Assembly (NCBI GenBank): GCA_012523015.1
Contig: JAAYJI010000164.1
Span: forward strand, 1 to 62,995
DNA length: 62,995 nt
Source of the DNA: Candidatus Hydrogenedentota bacterium
GTDB taxonomy: Bacteria > Hydrogenedentota > Hydrogenedentia > Hydrogenedentales > CAITNO01
Direction of reading: 5' to 3'
Below, one piece after another: positions 45,677 through 54,485 of the stretch (its first letter is position 1; every line of letters starts with the position of its first letter). Made by a program: the position numbers and the translations under genes. The notes under the pieces were generated by a model. That model did no database searches and was not told the DNA's origin. It saw only the letters and a program-made list of their open reading frames with translations.

Positions 45677-46369
45677 TTAATCTTGTAAATATTCCCGAAA
45701 TCGTTCCAGATGAGGTCTTAGTCCCCGCTCTGCCCGTACAACGCGGGATTTAATGGTGCCTATGGGGCAGTCCGTAATTTCTGAAATTTCCTCGTACGAC
45801 AAATCCATAAATCGGCGGAGCACAAAGGCTTCCCGATAATGTTCTGATAAATGTTGCAATGCCGCGTTAACGGCCTCTGATACTTCTCCCAATTCGAAGG
45901 CATGAACGACACAAGCCGTTTCATCTTCAATGGCGTCCATGGGAATATTGTCGTCATCTTCGCTGACTGCCGTATTGTTCCAGAAAGACAGGCTGAAAAA
46001 CTTGGGGCGTGTACGGCGCTGTTCCCATTCCTTGTGTATCTTATTGGAGGCAATGGCGAAAAGATAGGATGCGAATTTGCCCTGCCTTTTGTAGCGGTCG
46101 GCGTTGTGGACGAGCGCCACGAATACTTCTTGTGTAATTTCTTCGGCAATATGCTTATTCCGTAACATCTGATAGGCATAGCCGAAGATACTGCGTTGAT
46201 AGCGGTGAACCAGTTCTTCGAAAGCGGCTTCCGACCCCTTTTTGTGTTCTGCCATCAGGGCGTCGTCTTCAAGCTGCTGCAGTGCGGATGCGGTATCCGA
46301 CACTTTCGCATCGGGCACGGCATTACTTTCCTGTGGCTTGATCCATGGCTCTGGTGTTTGGGCTGTCAT
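45677..46369 (-). CDS. ECF-subfamily RNA polymerase sigma-70 factor
   Basis: Region 2 reads FEELVHRYQRSIFGYAYQMLRNKHIAEEITQEVFVAL. The region 4 helix-turn-helix reads LSYEEISEITDCPIGTIKSRVVRA. Confidence 0.9.
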   Translation of the reverse strand: MTAQTPEPWIKPQESNAVPDAKVSDTASALQQLEDDALMAEHKKGSEAAFEELVHRYQRSIFGYAYQMLRNKHIAEEITQEVFVALVHNADRYKRQGKFASYLFAIASNKIHKEWEQRRTRPKFFSLSFWNNTAVSEDDDNIPMDAIEDETACVVHAFELGEVSEAVNAALQHLSEHYREAFVLRRFMDLSYEEISEITDCPIGTIKSRVVRAERGLRPHLERFREYLQD

Positions 46370-46560
46370 GATACCTTCTTTTTATCGCTTTGATGCAATA
46401 ACTATTCGTACAGGTACTGGGTATGCACTTATCCATCTTTCTGCATACACCCTATAGTGTAACAAAAACGCCGTCAAATTGCTAGCAGGAAGATATTTTG
46501 CAATGCTTCCGCTCTTTTCACGCTTCGGATTTTGCCGTGGCGACGCGAAAAAACAGATCA

Positions 46561-47727
46561 TTACTCCGAATTTAAGGACAGGATGCTGCCCGCAATGTGG
46601 CGAATTCCATTGTCTTGATTAAAATAATAGACGACAAGATAGCGGCCGTCTGCCATGGCGGTGACCCACGGATAACCGAGGTCACTATTGCCGCCGTCTT
46701 CGCGCAAGACGATTTCCGTACTGTCTGCGAAATTCGTTGCTTCGGGATCTAATATGCGCGCTCTGATGCCGTAAGGCTTATGCCTGTACCCATAGACGAG
46801 CAAGATCCTGCCATCGGGCAGGCACGTGGCGCAGTGGGGATGTCCTTTGAATCCGGTATCTTCCCATGGTAAAAAGCTTTTGCCGCCATCTTCCGAGCGT
46901 GCCACGACGGTGTGGTCATCCAGGTATGCGGTACGCAAAAAGGCAATGAGCGTGCCTTTTTGTGTTTCGATCAACGCCGTTTCGTTGAAAGTAATTTCAG
47001 GGTCTGTTGCGATAGGGCAGCGGTAATCCCAAGTGCTTCCCCCATCGGGCGAAACCATCAAATGTACTTCCGTACGGCCGGATTCTGAGTCTGCCCGACA
47101 CGCCACCGCCCAGTAGAGCAATCCGTCACGTCCTTCCCACATGGGCCCGCGATTATAGGCGGGACAAGGCTCTTTGAATAGGTTTTGTTCTGTTTTGCCC
47201 GGTACGGGCGGCGGTATGATGGGTCCGCTCCAGTGCTTTCCGCCATCTTCAGATTGAAGCAAATACCCGCCCATAAAAACAAAGCCGCCGTCATGGACGA
47301 TGGTATCAATCTTTTCTGCCACTTCGGGCTGGATCCGTGCCCAACCATAGCTGCTGCAAAGCAGATTATTGTTTTTGAGTTGAATGAGACAGGGATCCTG
47401 AGAGCCGCCAAAGGGGTGGGCAAAGATCAATTCCGGTTCTGTGCTCCACGTTTCTCCATTGTCTTGCGACCGCACCAAAACGAGGTAACTATTGGGATCC
47501 GTATGATCGGTAGAGGCTTCACCGAGATAACGCCGTTCCGGGGCGCGTCGAAATGCGGTAATCAATTCTCCGTCGGGCCGCATTATGATGGAGGGAAAGG
47601 CGCTGTAAAAGCGTTCATCCTGATAAATGACGATGTCTTTTTCTTTGACCAATTCCTGTGCGATCACAGGGATTGTGCTTAAAAAAACAACAAGCAGACT
47701 CATACAAATTTGTTTTGGGATTGACAT
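46561..47727 (-). CDS. Secreted BNR/Asp-box repeat, sialidase-fold protein
   Basis: Signal peptide present. Asp-boxes are SQDNGETW, SEDGGKHW, SPDGGSTW and SEDGGKSF. I found no clear RIP motif. Confidence 0.7.
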   Translation of the reverse strand: MSIPKQICMSLLVVFLSTIPVIAQELVKEKDIVIYQDERFYSAFPSIIMRPDGELITAFRRAPERRYLGEASTDHTDPNSYLVLVRSQDNGETWSTEPELIFAHPFGGSQDPCLIQLKNNNLLCSSYGWARIQPEVAEKIDTIVHDGGFVFMGGYLLQSEDGGKHWSGPIIPPPVPGKTEQNLFKEPCPAYNRGPMWEGRDGLLYWAVACRADSESGRTEVHLMVSPDGGSTWDYRCPIATDPEITFNETALIETQKGTLIAFLRTAYLDDHTVVARSEDGGKSFLPWEDTGFKGHPHCATCLPDGRILLVYGYRHKPYGIRARILDPEATNFADSTEIVLREDGGNSDLGYPWVTAMADGRYLVVYYFNQDNGIRHIAGSILSLNSE

Positions 47728-47823
47728 GTTTTTTCCTTATAGCTGCCTTTGCCGCGGAGAATAAACATTCGGCGTGTCAGATTGTTTTAGAAAAGGGATT
47801 GCTGTTCTTTCTCTCCCGTTACC

Positions 47824-49719
47824 TTATTCTTCCTGAAGTGCGGTCCATTCTTCATATAAAGATTCTACCGCTTGCTGAATCGTATCATACTCTTCTTTAA
47901 GCGACTGTGCAAGAGAAAAGTCGGCCGGATCAATTTCTGCGAAGCGGCTGTTTAAGGCTTCTATGGCGTCTTCTGCAGCCTCGATTTCTTTTTCCAGGGC
48001 TTCAACGCGTCGTTGTTTGCGTCGGTCTTCCCGTTCTTGGGCTTTTTTCTCTTCTCGGATAGCGCTCTGTTTTTGGCGGCGCTCCACGGTTTCTTCATCA
48101 ACAATCCTGCGCTCTTCCAGACCTTGTTCCTTTTGGTATAAACGCCAATCGGAGAAGTTGCCGTAAAAGAGCTGCGCCTTACCCTCTTCAATGACCACAA
48201 GCCGTTCCGCCACCTTATCAATCAAGGTTCGGTCATGGCTGACGACGACCAGTGTACCTTCGTAGTCCTCCAAAGCTGATTCCAGCGCTTCCCGCGACGC
48301 CATATCCAGGTGGTTGGTCGGCTCATCAAGGAGCAGCAAGTTGGCATCAGAGGCGACCAATTTTGCTAAGGCGAGACGGCTGCGTTCACCACCGCTTAAG
48401 ATGGAGGCGGCTTTAAATACTTCGTCGCCGGTGAATAGGAATCGGGCAAGATGGTTTCTGCACAGCTGTGCCGACCAATCGGGCCGAAACGCCTGCATTT
48501 CGCTGAGCAGATCCCGATCATTTTGCAGGCTTTCCTGATGCTGATCATAAAAAGCGGGCATCACGTTGGCGCCCATCCAAATGGTACCGCTCCATCCTTT
48601 GTGTTTGCCGATCAATTGCCGCAGCAAGGTTGTTTTTCCCGATCCGTTGGGTCCGATAATACCAAGCCTGTCGCCGCGATGGAGCGAAAAGGACAGACCG
48701 CTGTAGAGGCTTGATCCGTTGTAGCCCATACTCAGGTCTTGGGCGTTCAATACGATGTCTCCGCTCCGTTCCACGGCGCCCATCTGAAAAGAGGCGGCTC
48801 CCATTTCAGCGGGCGGTGCTTCCACGACCTCCAGTTTTTCCAAGCGCTTCAGCCTATTTTGAGCTTGCCGCGCCTTGGTGTTTTTATAACGGAAACGGTC
48901 AATCCATGCCATTTCCTTTTGGATAAAGGCATCTTGCCGCGAAAAGGCGCGTTGTTGCTGCTCACGGCGAAGCAGTTTCTCTTTTAACCAGCGATCATAA
49001 TTGCCTGTAAAGCATAGGGCTTCGCCCCGTTCTAATTCGATCACACGACGGGCCAGGGTATTGACCATGCGCCGATCGTGTGAGATGAGTACGATGGCTT
49101 CGGGACGGTTACGCAAATGTTCTTCCAGCCATTCGCGCGCCTCCATATCCAGATGGTTTTCCGGTTCGTCGAGGAGCAGCAGATCGGCATCGCGCAACAA
49201 AGCAAGGGAAAGTAGGAGCCGTGCGCGCCAGCCGCCGCTTAAGGATTGGAAAGGCTTGGTAAATTCATCGGGATGAAAGCCCAGCCCGCAGAGTATTTGC
49301 CGGGTGCGCACGCGAAATTCATAACCGCCTTGTTGCGTGAAGAGATGCTGCAATTCTCCGTAGCGCGTCAACAATACCTCGTCCGAGTCCTGCGCAAGCC
49401 GATGCTCCAGTTCCTGCAGCACTTTTTCTTGTTCAAGCAAATCAGCAAAGGAATGTAAAGCAATTTCATAAATGCTTTGTTCGGGTGAGACTTCCGGTAT
49501 TTGAGACAAGTAGACCGTCCGTATACGCCGCATACGCTCTACCACACCACCATCCGTTTCTGTTTCACCCGTAATTAAGCGAAACAGGGTCGTTTTACCC
49601 GTACCGTTGCGTCCGATCAGTGCGATCCGTTCTCCGTTTTCTATGCGGAAGTTGACATTATCCAGGAGTCTTTCCCCGGAATAGCTTTTACAGACATTTT
49701 CCAGTCGTATGAGACTCAT
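47824..49719 (-). CDS. ABC-F family ATPase (two ABC domains plus a C-terminal coiled coil)
   Basis: There are two Walker A motifs (GRNGTGKTT, GPNGSGKTT). There are two signature motifs (LSGGWRARL, LSGGERSRL). The tail is Arg/Glu-rich. There is no TM domain. Confidence 0.9.
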   Translation of the reverse strand: MSLIRLENVCKSYSGERLLDNVNFRIENGERIALIGRNGTGKTTLFRLITGETETDGGVVERMRRIRTVYLSQIPEVSPEQSIYEIALHSFADLLEQEKVLQELEHRLAQDSDEVLLTRYGELQHLFTQQGGYEFRVRTRQILCGLGFHPDEFTKPFQSLSGGWRARLLLSLALLRDADLLLLDEPENHLDMEAREWLEEHLRNRPEAIVLISHDRRMVNTLARRVIELERGEALCFTGNYDRWLKEKLLRREQQQRAFSRQDAFIQKEMAWIDRFRYKNTKARQAQNRLKRLEKLEVVEAPPAEMGAASFQMGAVERSGDIVLNAQDLSMGYNGSSLYSGLSFSLHRGDRLGIIGPNGSGKTTLLRQLIGKHKGWSGTIWMGANVMPAFYDQHQESLQNDRDLLSEMQAFRPDWSAQLCRNHLARFLFTGDEVFKAASILSGGERSRLALAKLVASDANLLLLDEPTNHLDMASREALESALEDYEGTLVVVSHDRTLIDKVAERLVVIEEGKAQLFYGNFSDWRLYQKEQGLEERRIVDEETVERRQKQSAIREEKKAQEREDRRKQRRVEALEKEIEAAEDAIEALNSRFAEIDPADFSLAQSLKEEYDTIQQAVESLYEEWTALQEE

Positions 49720-49898
49720 ATCAAAAATAAGTATCCGATTTTCGGTTAAAATTCGTATTATAAAACAGGGATTCGATGCATAGTGTCTGTAGGCGATGTG
49801 ACACTATCGAAGTTCAATGGTATAATAGTTAGAAATGCAGTTGCAGTCAAATCATTGGGTAGTTGCACCCAATGATTATAACCTTGAGGGGACTTTGA

Positions 49899-50258
49899 AT
49901 GCACAAAGTATTTGTTTATGGAACGCTCAAACGAGGACAGAGGGCAGAGCTGAGTCAATGGGGCAACGCTGCATTTATTGGAGACGGTGAGACCCAAGAT
50001 AAATATACAATGTATGACGGCGGCTTTCCGACGGTGTCCATGGATACGCCAACCGGTACAATCAAGGGTGAAGTGTGGGAAATCGATGATGAAGTACTTA
50101 GACATATAGATCGCTATGAAGGTGTTGGTGTGCTCTTTGACAGGTTCCGCGTCAAAGTACTTATAGATGGCGAAGTGATGGAGTGCTTTATGTATGCGGC
50201 TCACGACCGTGAGTATTTGGATGGTTTGCAAGTACTTGAGAGTGGCTGTTGGCGTTAA
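49899..50258 (+). CDS. Gamma-glutamylcyclotransferase (GGCT/AIG2-like) family protein
   Basis: VFVYGTLKRGQ...GFP...GEVWEIDDEVLRHIDRYEG. Confidence 0.85.
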   Translation: MHKVFVYGTLKRGQRAELSQWGNAAFIGDGETQDKYTMYDGGFPTVSMDTPTGTIKGEVWEIDDEVLRHIDRYEGVGVLFDRFRVKVLIDGEVMECFMYAAHDREYLDGLQVLESGCWR

Positions 50259-50419
50259 TAACATAAAGAACTGCAATCCTTCACAGCATTTTAATTCTTG
50301 AAGTAGTAGATCCGATACAAATATGTGTAAAATAGTAGTAGAAACTATAATAGTGATTCTCGATGTTACTCCCAAGAATGTTGGCTTTAAGCCGCTTCAA
50401 AACTCAGGAGGTAGATTTT

Positions 50420-52087
50420 ATGTCATCTAAAAAACAACTTGGGCTGCTCAGTCTCTGTATCCTTTCCGTGCTGTTCCTTGCCGGCTGCGATGTAGATGCC
50501 ATTTGGGTGAGCCGCGCCGAACTTAATTTCGAACGTGATACGAACCCCATGTATTTTGATGTGGCGAATGCCAGTACCGAACTGGGTACGATAGACATCC
50601 ATGTGAAACCGAACAAAAATTGGATCTTGGTTTCGCCGGACGTTGTTCCAAGCGAAGCGCCTAGGGGCGGGAGCCTGGTCGGAAACAAGATTGAAGTGCG
50701 TATTGATCGCAGCCTCATTACCAAAGAAGGAGAAAATGAAGGCAACATTACCTTGTCTGCCCCAGGCGTAAAGTCTGTTTCTATCCGTGTCAAGGTGGTG
50801 CAGGATCGCCTTGTAGAGCGGCTGGATAAACTAAATATCCAAACGCCGGTGGTGACCTATAGTTCACCCTATTTGGTGGAGTTGGCTTTTTCCTTGCGTG
50901 ATGGAACAAACCGATCCGTTACGGGAGAACCCGCCCAGTTCCAAGTCTATGGCTGGGAGGATGATCTGGCTGTAGGACCTTCCCACGGCTTGCTCATGCA
51001 GCGTGGCGCGGCACGGCAATTATGGATGGAAGTCATTCTGGATTATAGTGCCTATATGCGCAATCTTCCCAACGCCATTGATGAGATGGAAAATGCGGTC
51101 ACCGACATGTTGCTTCCCGAATTAAACGAAGACGTATTTGTCGGGGTGAGCGGCTTTTATCGGGATAACCTGAGCTCCTCGCTGCTGATTCCCTTTACCA
51201 TGAATCACGCCTATGTGGCCGATAAAATAAAAAAAATCAGGGCGGAACAGTTTAGTGGTTGGGCATCCGGATCACGGGTATATGATGCGCTGGCGTCTTC
51301 CTTGTCTCGCTTCAGTGCGTTGGAATCCAATGCCACCGACGAAAAATATATCGTCTTATTCTGCAATGGAATCGACACATCCAGTCTTGTAAGTGCGCCG
51401 AGCATTATTAGTTCTGCCAAAAAACTCGGCGTACGTATCGTTGTTATTACCTTCGGCGATACTATGGAAGCCGCCGACTTGATAACAGTTGCCTTGGGCA
51501 CGGGAGGCCGCGCTATTTCCGCAGCTTCCATCGAAGAGCTTCATTATTCCTTCCAACGTGTGGTGGAAGATCTCAGCGGTCAGTATGTCATTCGGTGGGC
51601 AAGCCTGCGCCGGGACAATAAAAACGTGACACCCTCTATTAAACTGATCTATGGCAATACGGAAGCGAGCTGGCGCGCCGACAAATCGTTCCGTGCCCTC
51701 AGCTATGCCGGTGACCCGCTGCAAGGCAAGGTGGTGCTGATGCAGTCCGATACGCCGGATAATTCCACCGTATTTTTACGGGCTGCCTATGTGCCCAACG
51801 GCATTGAAGATTTACGTTTGCACGTACAGAGCGCTTACCCCTTTACGACTTCGGTGGTCAGCGCCTCGAATGATGGCTTGTTGGCAAATTGGACCATGGA
51901 TATTGAGGATGACGGCGAAGACGGACAATGGATTACCTTGTCCGGTTCGCAGCCCCTGCCTTTTGCCTCCTTTGGCGCCATGTTACGCTTTGATTTTGAT
52001 GAAGCTGTGGACGATCCGTTCACCCTTTTTGAAATAGATGAGTCTATTTATTTTGACGGACAGGATTTTATTCTCGTTAATTACTGA
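50420..52087 (+). CDS. Lipoprotein with a BACON-like N-terminal domain and a vWA-like domain
   Basis: AGGAGG at 50405-50410 followed by ATG 50420. The lipobox is LFLAGC. vWA-like beta-strands are KYIVLFCNGIDTSS and RIVVITFGD. The listed start at 50363 adds a non-signal extension. Confidence 0.6.
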   Translation: MSSKKQLGLLSLCILSVLFLAGCDVDAIWVSRAELNFERDTNPMYFDVANASTELGTIDIHVKPNKNWILVSPDVVPSEAPRGGSLVGNKIEVRIDRSLITKEGENEGNITLSAPGVKSVSIRVKVVQDRLVERLDKLNIQTPVVTYSSPYLVELAFSLRDGTNRSVTGEPAQFQVYGWEDDLAVGPSHGLLMQRGAARQLWMEVILDYSAYMRNLPNAIDEMENAVTDMLLPELNEDVFVGVSGFYRDNLSSSLLIPFTMNHAYVADKIKKIRAEQFSGWASGSRVYDALASSLSRFSALESNATDEKYIVLFCNGIDTSSLVSAPSIISSAKKLGVRIVVITFGDTMEAADLITVALGTGGRAISAASIEELHYSFQRVVEDLSGQYVIRWASLRRDNKNVTPSIKLIYGNTEASWRADKSFRALSYAGDPLQGKVVLMQSDTPDNSTVFLRAAYVPNGIEDLRLHVQSAYPFTTSVVSASNDGLLANWTMDIEDDGEDGQWITLSGSQPLPFASFGAMLRFDFDEAVDDPFTLFEIDESIYFDGQDFILVNY

Positions 52088-52102
52088 CAATTACGCTGAG
52101 GG

Positions 52103-52780
52103 TTAACGGCTTGGCGCCGGTTTACACCGTGCCCAAGCCTCATCATCAGAGCAGCAATCAGGAATACCGATGTCTGCCACGACCAATTTTCCTAAATTGG
52201 CGCGTGCTTCCGGAGCAGCAAAACCTTGCTTGGCAAAGGCAAAGGTCACGGTAAGATTAGCGCGAATGCAGCGCCCGCAGGATTGCCCTGTATCAGAATC
52301 CATGCCGGAGGGCAGATCGACAGCGATCGTGTAGACGGAGGGCCATGCGGCGATAGCAGCGCGAACAGGGCCGTGAAGGCTGCCCTTGATACCGGTGCCT
52401 AAAAGAGCATCGACGAGTACCGCGCAGTCCGACAGTGCCGTCACGGCTTGGATTGCTTCCTCTTCTGTAGCAGCGCTGATCAGGGAGCCGCCGATATTTT
52501 GGTACAAGCGCATAAAGACAGCAGCATCGCCCCTGACGGCATCAGGTTCCGCTGTCAGCACCACTCGGGTTTCAAATCCGGCTAAGAGGGCCAGCCGCGC
52601 GACCACAAAGCCGTCGCCTCCGTTGTTGCCTTTACCGCAAACCACGCCTACAGGTCCGCGGGTGATGTGGTTGAAGACTGCTGTGCCCGCATTGTTCATC
52701 AATACGACGCCGGGCATGCCCAAGTCTTCAATACAGCGGCGGTCGGCTTCGCGCATTTGTGCAGTGGTCAATTGTTTCAT
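52103..52780 (-). CDS. nnrE: NAD(P)H-hydrate epimerase (YjeF N-terminal domain)
   Basis: MREADRRCIEDLGMPGVVLMNNAG...VVCGKGNNGGDGFVVARLL. Confidence 0.85.
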   Translation of the reverse strand: MKQLTTAQMREADRRCIEDLGMPGVVLMNNAGTAVFNHITRGPVGVVCGKGNNGGDGFVVARLALLAGFETRVVLTAEPDAVRGDAAVFMRLYQNIGGSLISAATEEEAIQAVTALSDCAVLVDALLGTGIKGSLHGPVRAAIAAWPSVYTIAVDLPSGMDSDTGQSCGRCIRANLTVTFAFAKQGFAAPEARANLGKLVVADIGIPDCCSDDEAWARCKPAPSR

Positions 52781-52781
52781 C

Positions 52782-54242
52782 TTAAAAAATTATATTCTTT
52801 ACTCGGTACGTGAGAATTGCTTCGCTATCTGCATCGACGGCTAATGTATAGACGATCGTCTGTGCATCTCTTTTTACGTGGGCTGCAGATTCTTCGATGA
52901 TCTCCCAATTAGCGTTGGGCATGGGCTCAATCAAATCTACGGTAATGGGCGTGTCTTTGCGATTGCGCACTGAAATGGTAAAGGCTGTTTCAGTCCTTGG
53001 TCCAAGCGATTGCCACTCAGTCTGTACGCGGTCGGCTACTACATCAAATGCTCTGCCCATAATCAAACGGACATTTTCATTTTTCGGGATATGTTGGATG
53101 CGATCCTCGCCGGAAAATTGGAGCATACCCGACTTGTCCGCTTGATACACACGCAAGACACCTGCGGGCAAGGGAATACCGAGTCCATTATCTTCAGAAT
53201 TTTTAAACTTCAAGACCACATCAGCATGTAGATTCTGCTGTTGTTTCCGCTGAGGGCTGTAATTTGTCGTACTGCCTCGGAATTGATACTCTTTTTCAAC
53301 GGTAATATTACTGCCGCGGAGCAGGCTTACTTGCTTCGTTTGATTTTCCGCTATGGTTGTGCGCCGCTCCAAGGTATAAAGGTGGTATTCCGAAAAGGCC
53401 TCTTCCTCCATCATGGGTGCTGCGCCCGCCATCGCCATATCCGCCATGACTTGTTTCGATTGCATGCGATATTGCGGGGAAGCCACGTTCACATCACCGG
53501 CGACCAACTTCAATTGGGCGTCTTGATAAGTAGTTCCTGACTGATTGTTAAGGGTCACCCAGCCCTCAAGATCAATAAGCGTTTCTTCACGATTCATAGT
53601 AAGTACATAATCGGCCTGCCAATTGATGTCGTTTGTCATGTAACTGACTTCTACTTCATGATCCGTGCCTTGGTTGTCCAGCAACCAGACCAAGGTTGGT
53701 TTGGCGAATAATTCGGAGGGGATTTCGGGCAGTACCACATAGCCCGGATGACCGAGATAGATCTTATTCTCCACTTTATATACGGGACCGTTATTGACGC
53801 TGAGCAAGGTTGCCGGCTGTTCATAAAAATCGTAATCGGTGTTTTTGTTCACGAGCAACACTTCTTTGCCCACATACTTTTCCATCAATTTATCCGGGCT
53901 CATCAGATCGTATTCATAGTTCTGTTCGAGAATATGGAGTGCCCCTGAATCGTTCAATGAACGGAGATTCACCGTTTCCGGAATAATGGCTGAGGCTACA
54001 TCCATGAAGCGCAAGGGATGTTCTCCGGGCAGCATTTTCAGGGCGCGGCGATCGCGTACCAAAGCACGGTTGCTGTTATAAACGGTCACTGCTACATCAG
54101 TCTGATCGGCTTGGGTCGATTGCGCGCTTTGAAGCCTCTCTTCTACGGGATCTTCCAGTTTTTTAAGAAGGGGTTCCTGACCGTAGGCGGGCACTAAAAA
54201 AAGTGTCAGCAGAACAACAGACAGCAGGCGGGATGTTTTCAT
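52782..54242 (-). CDS. Secreted DUF4139-like protein
   Basis: Signal peptide present. VTVYNSNRALVRDRR... and repeated beta-rich segments resemble the DUF4139/MuiA-like family. Tentative. Confidence 0.55.
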   Translation of the reverse strand: MKTSRLLSVVLLTLFLVPAYGQEPLLKKLEDPVEERLQSAQSTQADQTDVAVTVYNSNRALVRDRRALKMLPGEHPLRFMDVASAIIPETVNLRSLNDSGALHILEQNYEYDLMSPDKLMEKYVGKEVLLVNKNTDYDFYEQPATLLSVNNGPVYKVENKIYLGHPGYVVLPEIPSELFAKPTLVWLLDNQGTDHEVEVSYMTNDINWQADYVLTMNREETLIDLEGWVTLNNQSGTTYQDAQLKLVAGDVNVASPQYRMQSKQVMADMAMAGAAPMMEEEAFSEYHLYTLERRTTIAENQTKQVSLLRGSNITVEKEYQFRGSTTNYSPQRKQQQNLHADVVLKFKNSEDNGLGIPLPAGVLRVYQADKSGMLQFSGEDRIQHIPKNENVRLIMGRAFDVVADRVQTEWQSLGPRTETAFTISVRNRKDTPITVDLIEPMPNANWEIIEESAAHVKRDAQTIVYTLAVDADSEAILTYRVKNIIF

Positions 54243-54485
54243 GGTGTGGCTCCTTTTGTAGATTCAAGCACTACGAATAGTGTGGCATACTCCGTTGAGA
54301 AAACACAACCAATAAGGCGGCTATTCCATGGAAGTTTATAAAGCCGAGACGACCAATAAATTTCGAAGCGGCCTAGATTTTTTGAAGAAAAGAGGTGGTT
54401 TATACAGCTGTCTTTCCCCTATACTTTGTCTTACGTACTTGAAGAAGTATGCTTCACTTCCGTCTAAGCCTGAAGGATTGTTTTT

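Noticed and set aside
49758-50375. A 205-aa minus-strand ORF covering the GGCT gene region
   Set aside because: It is antisense to a well-supported gamma-glutamylcyclotransferase ORF (YGTLKRG...GEVWEI...YEG). Its own translation has no motifs and has odd composition.
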